Positions 26,587-32,000 of a DNA stretch of 32,000 bases are shown piece by piece. The notes under the pieces were generated by a model. The model was not told the DNA's origin. It was given only the letters and a program-made list of their open reading frames with translations, and searched no databases. The first letter of the stretch is position 1. The number at the start of each line of letters is the position of its first letter. The position numbers and the translations under genes are program-made. Location: positions 1,230,001 through 1,262,000 of the forward strand of contig NZ_CP034549.1 of the NCBI RefSeq assembly GCF_003966335.1, in the 5' to 3' direction. This stretch comes from Nonlabens ponticola. Its GTDB lineage: Bacteria; Bacteroidota; Bacteroidia; Flavobacteriales; Flavobacteriaceae.

Positions 26587-28359
26587 ATGGCATCAACCAC
26601 AGGTAATGCATTCAATACGACTCTCTTTAAAAGGCTGTTGTCGTTTACCAGACCTTATCGAGGCACCTACTATTTTGTAGCTATCAGTGCTATTTTGCTA
26701 GCAGTTGTGGCCATCGGTATGCCTTACTTAATTAAGGTCGCGATTGATGATCATATCATTCCACGCGAGTTTGATGGTTTTACCGGTGTTATCATGATGA
26801 TGATAGGTGTCCTTGCGGCAGATGTCATCTTGCAGCTCAGCTTTATATTTTATGCCAACTGGTTGGGTCAACAGGTGATTAGAGATTTAAGGCTCAAGCT
26901 GTTCAATCACATGCTCAATTTCAAGATGAAGTATTTTGATACAAGCGCAGTAGGTAAGCTGGTAACCAGAGCCGTGAGTGATATCGAGACCATCGCCAGC
27001 ATTTTTTCCGAAGGTCTTTTTGTCATCATTTCAGACTTATTAAAGATGGTGGTGGTTCTTGGATTTATGGCCTATTCCAGCTGGCAGTTGACCTTGATCA
27101 CTCTGGCTGTCATGCCATTTTTATTATACGCTACCCGATTGTTTCAAAAGGCTATGAAAACAGCTTTTGAAGAAGTGCGTAATCAGGTGAGCAACCTCAA
27201 CAGTTTTGTACAAGAACGCGTTACAGGCATGAAAATCGTGCAGATTTTCAATCGCGAGCGAGTAGAGTATGAGGAATTCAAGGAGATCAACAACAAGCAC
27301 CGTAAGGCTTGGGTAAAGACAGTCTGGTATAACAGCATCTTTTTCCCTATTGCAGAGATGGCTTCCAGCATCGTCATAGGACTCATCGTTTACATAGGCG
27401 TCGTCATGAATATAGGTGCAGAAGTCAAGATGGTCGAGATAGGAACCATCGTCATGTTCATCGACTTGTCCCAAAAATTATTCAGACCACTGCGACAAAT
27501 TGCTGATAAGTTCAACACGTTACAAATGGGAATGGTGGCCGCAAATCGTGTGTTCAAGATATTGGATACAGATGCTCAAATCGAGGATCAAGGCGAGCTT
27601 ATCGCAAGCGATTTAAAGGGCGCCATTGAATTCAAGAACGTGGATTTTGCCTATGTTGAGAATGAGCTAGTGCTCAAGAATCTCAATTTTAAGGTACAAC
27701 CAGGCGAGACTGTCGCTATCGTGGGCGCGACCGGCGCTGGCAAGAGTACTATCATCAATTTGCTGTCTAGATTCTATGAGATCAATGCAGGAGAGATTTT
27801 GATTGATTCCGCTTCCTCGAAAGCGTACGACCTACAATCATTGCGATCCCAGATAGCAGTTGTGCTGCAAGATGTCTTCTTGTTTGCAGATACTATTTTT
27901 AACAATATCACGCTGCAAAACCCTGAAATCACCGAAGAAGACGTCATCAAAGCCGCCAAAAAAATAGGCGTGCACAAGTTCATTAAATCATTGCCCAATG
28001 GTTACCAATACAATGTAAAGGAACGTGGTGTGATGCTCAGCTCTGGACAACGCCAGCTGATTGCTTTCTTGAGAGCTTATGTGTCCAATCCCAGTATTTT
28101 AGTATTGGATGAAGCCACTAGTTCTATTGATGCCTACAGCGAGCAGCTTATTCAAGATGCGACCGATATTATTACCAAGGGCCGCACATCCATCGTCATC
28201 GCTCACAGGTTAGCAACTATCAAAAAAGCCGATAAGATCATCGTTATGGATGCTGGCGAGATCGTCGAGATAGGCACACACAGTGAGCTGCTAGAAAAAG
28301 AAGGTGGTTACTACAAGAATCTGTATGAGGTGCAGTTTTTACAGCAAGAGGTCGCCTAA
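26587..28359 (+). CDS. ABC exporter, fused permease/ATPase (MsbA-like type I exporter)
   Basis: 6-TM N-terminal domain, Walker A GATGAGKST, signature LSSGQRQ, Walker B ILVLDEATS, H-loop IAHRL. Confidence 0.93.
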   Translation: MASTTGNAFNTTLFKRLLSFTRPYRGTYYFVAISAILLAVVAIGMPYLIKVAIDDHIIPREFDGFTGVIMMMIGVLAADVILQLSFIFYANWLGQQVIRDLRLKLFNHMLNFKMKYFDTSAVGKLVTRAVSDIETIASIFSEGLFVIISDLLKMVVVLGFMAYSSWQLTLITLAVMPFLLYATRLFQKAMKTAFEEVRNQVSNLNSFVQERVTGMKIVQIFNRERVEYEEFKEINNKHRKAWVKTVWYNSIFFPIAEMASSIVIGLIVYIGVVMNIGAEVKMVEIGTIVMFIDLSQKLFRPLRQIADKFNTLQMGMVAANRVFKILDTDAQIEDQGELIASDLKGAIEFKNVDFAYVENELVLKNLNFKVQPGETVAIVGATGAGKSTIINLLSRFYEINAGEILIDSASSKAYDLQSLRSQIAVVLQDVFLFADTIFNNITLQNPEITEEDVIKAAKKIGVHKFIKSLPNGYQYNVKERGVMLSSGQRQLIAFLRAYVSNPSILVLDEATSSIDAYSEQLIQDATDIITKGRTSIVIAHRLATIKKADKIIVMDAGEIVEIGTHSELLEKEGGYYKNLYEVQFLQQEVA

Positions 28360-29192
28360 GTTTGCGCTGGTAAAAAGCCACTCAAATCATATCCCATTTT
28401 ACTAGCGACAATTACTGTTATTGCCACAGTAAATATGAATACTAGCATTAGTAAAACCGCAGTTGCCACAAATACTATAAGCGCAATGAGCGATCTTAGT
28501 ATAGTTTCTGCAATGGTAAGTTGAAAGCAGCGCTTATAGCTTTGAGCAGAGTGAAATAACAAATAAGCTAGCGCTAGATACGACCAATAAAGAAAAATTT
28601 CTGGCGATAGATAGGCCAGCAAAATACTGATAGGTGTTGTGAAAATAATCATGTGCGCATATACGTACAGGAAAAACACTACATGCTCTGTATAATTAAA
28701 AAATTTCCTACCCCAAAATGATATGCGGCCCACCAGCGCTAGAAACGGTATAGTGAATAGTAAGAGCAATCCTTGATAGTCTAGGAACTTTGACGCAAAT
28801 TTTTGTTGGGCTTCAATTTGCTCGTCACTATAATTAGCGAGTGTATCTGCAGTCAAGATAGAATCGGCCATGTAGTCTTCCATGACGTTGGTTTGCTTCA
28901 AGACAAAAACATAGATACCGGTAATGAATAGCGAGAGCAACAGATATCTCACCGCATCCATATAATACATACGACGTCCTTGAACGTATCCTAAAATCAC
29001 CGCTTCAGGCTTCCTGAAAAGATCCACGAATGTGTGCATGAACTTTGTGTCAAGTCCTATGTATAAATCGCCAAAGTCTGCCGCAACGTTACGCATGGTG
29101 ATGCGCTTCTCGATCCATTTGGCACCACAATGCGCGCAATGGGTATGCGTGGCATAAAGCATGTGGTCGCAATTTTTACAGTGTCGTTCCAT
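28356..29192 (-). CDS. Zinc-ribbon plus polytopic membrane protein (DUF3667-like, tentative)
   Basis: N-terminal CxxC...CxxC (CKNCDHMLYATHTHCAHCG) followed by ~5 TM helices. The ATG overlaps the cdaA stop by 1 nt (TGATG). Confidence 0.7.
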   Translation of the reverse strand: MERHCKNCDHMLYATHTHCAHCGAKWIEKRITMRNVAADFGDLYIGLDTKFMHTFVDLFRKPEAVILGYVQGRRMYYMDAVRYLLLSLFITGIYVFVLKQTNVMEDYMADSILTADTLANYSDEQIEAQQKFASKFLDYQGLLLLFTIPFLALVGRISFWGRKFFNYTEHVVFFLYVYAHMIIFTTPISILLAYLSPEIFLYWSYLALAYLLFHSAQSYKRCFQLTIAETILRSLIALIVFVATAVLLMLVFIFTVAITVIVASKMGYDLSGFLPAQT

Positions 29193-29968
29193 CAGTCCAT
29201 CAGGGCTTTCATCTTGCTAGATAGATCATCCATATCATCATAGCTCTCAAACTCGCCATCGACGACCAGCGATACCTTACCGGTTTCCTCACTCACGATG
29301 ACGGCAATGGCGTTGGTCCTTTCGGTCAGGCCTACTGCTGCGCGGTGTCTCAGGCCAAAACGCTGTGGTATCTTGCGACTATCCGATACGGGCAACACTA
29401 CTCGCGTCGCAGTAATTTTATTGTCCTCGATAATCATGGCACCATCGTGCAGCGTGCTGTTCTTGTAGAAAATACTTTGAATAATAGGTGCATTGACCAC
29501 GATATCCATCTCGTCGCCGCTGTTCTTGAGAAAGTCCAGTGAACCGTCACGTTTTATGGCGATCAGTGCACCAGTTTTGGTCGCGCTCATACGTTTACAA
29601 GCCGTCACGACGTGATCAACGATAGCAAGATTGGCATTTTGCTCTTCCTTAAAAATGCGCAATTGCCGCAAGAATCGGCGTCTTGAGGTAAAATTGGTCG
29701 ATCCTATCATCAATAAAAATCGTCTTATTTCCTGCTGGAAAACCACAATCAGCGCAAAAACACCAGCACCAGTAAAACCACCCAGCACACGCGACAACAT
29801 TTCCATCTCTAGAAATACTGTTACCTCATAGATCAGATAAATGATCACGATCCCGATAAAAATATTGATCGCCGCGGTTCCCTTGACCAGTCGATACAGG
29901 TAAAAGATCAACGCTGCAAAAAGCAGGATATCAATCAGGTCAATAATTCTAAAATCCGGTAACTGCAT
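29192..29968 (-). CDS. cdaA: Diadenylate cyclase (membrane-anchored CdaA/DacA type)
   Basis: Three N-terminal TM helices plus a DAC (DisA_N) domain with LHDGAMII and GLRHRAAVGLTE..DAIAVIVSEETG-type motifs. Confidence 0.92.
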   Translation of the reverse strand: MQLPDFRIIDLIDILLFAALIFYLYRLVKGTAAINIFIGIVIIYLIYEVTVFLEMEMLSRVLGGFTGAGVFALIVVFQQEIRRFLLMIGSTNFTSRRRFLRQLRIFKEEQNANLAIVDHVVTACKRMSATKTGALIAIKRDGSLDFLKNSGDEMDIVVNAPIIQSIFYKNSTLHDGAMIIEDNKITATRVVLPVSDSRKIPQRFGLRHRAAVGLTERTNAIAVIVSEETGKVSLVVDGEFESYDDMDDLSSKMKALMD

Positions 29969-29985
29969 GTACGGTAAAAATAGAA

Positions 29986-30816
29986 TTATTTTCCTTGAAG
30001 TGCTTGGTATAATTTCATGGTCTCCATAGCTTCTTTCACATCATGAACACGCAATATGCTAGCCCCATTGAGTAGGCAGGCCATATGTAGCGCAGTCGTA
30101 CCGTTGAGTGCGACGGCAGCATCAGTTCCTAGCGTCTTGTAGATCATGGATTTTCTGGAAACGCCCGCCAATAAAGGTACACCATGAGATAGTAGCAATT
30201 CTTGATGGCTAAAGAGTTCAAAGTTTTGAGCTGTGGTTTTGGCAAATCCATAACCTGGATCAATGATAATATCGTGAATGCCGTGACTCCGAGCCATTGC
30301 GATACGTTCGGCAAAATAGCGATTGATGTCTATGATGAGATCGTCGTAATCAGTCAGCGTTTTCATGGTTTGCGGCGTTCCACGCATGTGCATCATGATG
30401 TAAGGCACCTTATGTTTTCCAACGGTTTCCATCATTTTGCGATCTAGTTGTCCAGCACTTATATCGTTGACAATGTCAATGTTGTGTTGTAGAGCTGTTT
30501 TGATTACGCTTTCGCGAAAGCTGTCACAACTAATCATCGAGTCAGGAAAATTCCTTTTGACCAGCTCAATGATCGGGATAACACGTTGCTGCTCAACACT
30601 GGCAGAAATATCAGTGCCATCAGGACGGCTGCTGTAACCACCTATGTCGATAAATGTCGCGCCATCGTGCAACATTTTTTCTACCTGCTGCAGCACGTCG
30701 CTATCATTCTTAAGTTTGCCACCATCATAAAAAGAATCTGGCGTGACGTTGACGATGCCCATGACGCGTGGCGTGGAAAGGTCAACAAGGCTGCCGCGGC
30801 AATTTATGGTGTGCAT
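29986..30816 (-). CDS. folP: Dihydropteroate synthase
   Basis: Pterin-binding domain motifs GIVNVTPDSFYDGG, DIGGYSSRP, NDISAG, GVSRKS. Confidence 0.95.
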   Translation of the reverse strand: MHTINCRGSLVDLSTPRVMGIVNVTPDSFYDGGKLKNDSDVLQQVEKMLHDGATFIDIGGYSSRPDGTDISASVEQQRVIPIIELVKRNFPDSMISCDSFRESVIKTALQHNIDIVNDISAGQLDRKMMETVGKHKVPYIMMHMRGTPQTMKTLTDYDDLIIDINRYFAERIAMARSHGIHDIIIDPGYGFAKTTAQNFELFSHQELLLSHGVPLLAGVSRKSMIYKTLGTDAAVALNGTTALHMACLLNGASILRVHDVKEAMETMKLYQALQGK

Positions 30817-30869
30817 GGTCTAGGCAAATTGAAATAGAAAGGCGAAATTTACGCAAAATACAACCGTCC

Positions 30870-31406
30870 ATGAGTGCTACCAGCCAGCAATATGATGCCG
30901 TTATCGCCACCTGCCGCGAGCTTTTTATCAATAAAATGAAAGATTATGGTGCGGCCTGGCGCATCCTGCGATTACCATCGCTCACAGACCAGATTTTCAT
31001 AAAAGCACAACGCATACGAGGCCTGCAAACCCTAGCCGAATCCAAGGTCGATGAAGGACAGGAAAGTGAATTTATAGGCATCATCAACTATAGCATCATG
31101 GCGCTGATCCAGCTAGAAAAAGGCGTGGTAGAACAACCAGATCTTGATGTTGCCACGGCAACCGAATTATACGACCAGCAAATGGCGATCACCAAACAAC
31201 TCATGATGGACAAAAATCACGATTACGGTGAGGCCTGGCGCGGCATGCGTGTGAGTTCGCTAACTGACTTGATCTTGCAAAAACTATTGCGCGTCAAGCA
31301 AATTGAGGACAATGCTGGTAAAACTATTGTAAGTGAAGGCCTGGATGCCAACTATCAGGATATGGTCAACTATGCGGTTTTTGCGATGATACATATGGGT
31401 GCGTGA
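30870..31406 (+). CDS. DUF1599-like protein (two internal repeats)
   Basis: I chose the ATG at 30870 (MSATSQQYD...). The track ORF start at 30768 would overlap folP on the opposite strand. Duplicated motif DYG-AWR...SLTD. Confidence 0.78.
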   Translation: MSATSQQYDAVIATCRELFINKMKDYGAAWRILRLPSLTDQIFIKAQRIRGLQTLAESKVDEGQESEFIGIINYSIMALIQLEKGVVEQPDLDVATATELYDQQMAITKQLMMDKNHDYGEAWRGMRVSSLTDLILQKLLRVKQIEDNAGKTIVSEGLDANYQDMVNYAVFAMIHMGA

Positions 31407-31822
31407 TGAGAAACGGTGTCAAGAATTTCATGATCGCATGTGCGGTAGGCACAATCATTGGCTGCTACTCACCTGACTCTGATTTTGATGGCACATGGTA
31501 TTATGAGGATGCAACCCATTCTATGACTCTTGAATTGAAACAAGAAAAAGATAGCTTGATAGGTCATCACTGTTTAGTAATAGGTAAACAAGGTAAATTC
31601 ATCGATTGTGCTGACGATAATAAAATATCAGTCAAGGGAATTTACAACAAGGATAAACAGGCTTTTGAATTAGAAATAGTAAGCGAGTACTTATATGAGG
31701 ACACTCTTAAAGGTTATTTAAAAGCCGATGTAAAAGATCAGTTGTTATGGCAAACTACGAGTGAAAAGTTAGTTGAAGGAAGATTGCCAAAGCGTTTGAT
31801 ACTTAAGTCAATACAAGAATGA
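31406..31822 (+). CDS. Hypothetical lipoprotein (~138 aa)
   Basis: ATG at 31406 overlaps the previous stop (TGATG); alternative GTG at 31403. Lipobox-like TIIGC. No recognisable domain. Confidence 0.55.
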   Translation: MRNGVKNFMIACAVGTIIGCYSPDSDFDGTWYYEDATHSMTLELKQEKDSLIGHHCLVIGKQGKFIDCADDNKISVKGIYNKDKQAFELEIVSEYLYEDTLKGYLKADVKDQLLWQTTSEKLVEGRLPKRLILKSIQE

Positions 31823-32000
31823 TACTGTTGGCTTTAAAAGGATTAAATACAATTTCACCTCTAATTTTGGCTAGAGTTCTTTTAATCAGTCTTATGGTTA
31901 ATTCAGTTGCTGCTCAAGGCATAGTTTCTGATTGGGCTAGAGATTTTGAAGAGGTTATTTCCGCACAAAATAGAATCACAGTTCACAATTACTATATCGA
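31819..32000 (+). CDS. 5' part of a secreted hypothetical protein, truncated by the window end
   Basis: ATG overlaps the preceding TGA (ATGA). The frame is open to position 32000. Signal-peptide-like N-terminus ...LLISLMVNSVAAQG. Confidence 0.4.
   Translation, partial: MILLALKGLNTISPLILARVLLISLMVNSVAAQGIVSDWARDFEEVISAQNRITVHNYYI

Noticed and set aside
27805-27828. Possible degenerate REP-like copy inside the ABC exporter gene (GATTCCGCTTCCTCGAAAGCGTAC, encoding IDSASSKAY).
   Set aside because: It has 4 mismatches to the 22-bp consensus, and my rough estimate puts it near the chance level for this window. I would keep it only if a genome-wide analysis shows that coding copies are common.
30768-30869. 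N-terminal extension of the DUF1599-like ORF (track start 30768), overlapping the first 49 nt of folP on the opposite strand.
   Set aside because: The extension translates to an unconvincing sequence (MAWKGQQGCRGNLWCAW...). The ATG at 30870 gives a compact protein starting just before the first conserved repeat and avoids the overlap.
1-32000. I scanned all ORFs for defence, mobile or secondary-metabolite hallmarks: Cas, RM, TA, abortive infection, integrase or transposase, phage structural genes, PKS/NRPS.
   Set aside because: None found. Every long ORF is either a recognisable housekeeping or envelope gene or a small hypothetical envelope protein. I therefore do not claim a novel defence or mobile system in this window.

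Overview
The window reads as a chromosomal, mostly housekeeping segment of a Bacteroidota genome, most likely a marine Flavobacteriaceae member; I cannot name the genus. Taxon clues: fused SecDF, a T9SS type-B C-terminal sorting domain, Rho with a long N-terminal low-complexity insertion next to a DUF4293 gene, archaeal-type ProRS, and TTG-N19-TAnnTTTG promoters. I call about 30 CDS: mdh (partial), secDF, lgt, yidD, cysS, folE, proS, rpsT, rho, truA, cdaA, folP, an ABC exporter, a LytTR response regulator with a propeller-type histidine kinase, a large T9SS adhesin and several hypothetical lipoproteins or membrane proteins. There is also one tRNA-Glu(UUC), several clear intrinsic terminators and a few candidate promoters. 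I found no CRISPR array, transposase or integrase, prophage genes, RM or TA modules, or recognisable defence genes, so I cannot claim a clear novel system. The most unusual items are: (1) a two-gene operon (12244-14856, minus strand) pairing a lipoprotein made almost entirely of low-complexity sequence (Gly/Asn/aromatic tandem repeats plus a ~124-aa Arg/Ser-rich tail) with a FadL-like outer-membrane barrel; (2) a co-oriented REP-like family (G/T-rich box plus the 22-bp palindrome TTACGCTTTCGCGAAAGCGTAA) with five intergenic copies and a 21-nt exact match inside the folP reading frame; (3) cdaA (c-di-AMP synthase) overlapping by one nucleotide a zinc-ribbon membrane protein of unknown function; (4) a hexanucleotide microsatellite in a TTCAA-rich region upstream of truA. 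All functional interpretations are inference from sequence reading only; no searches were run.
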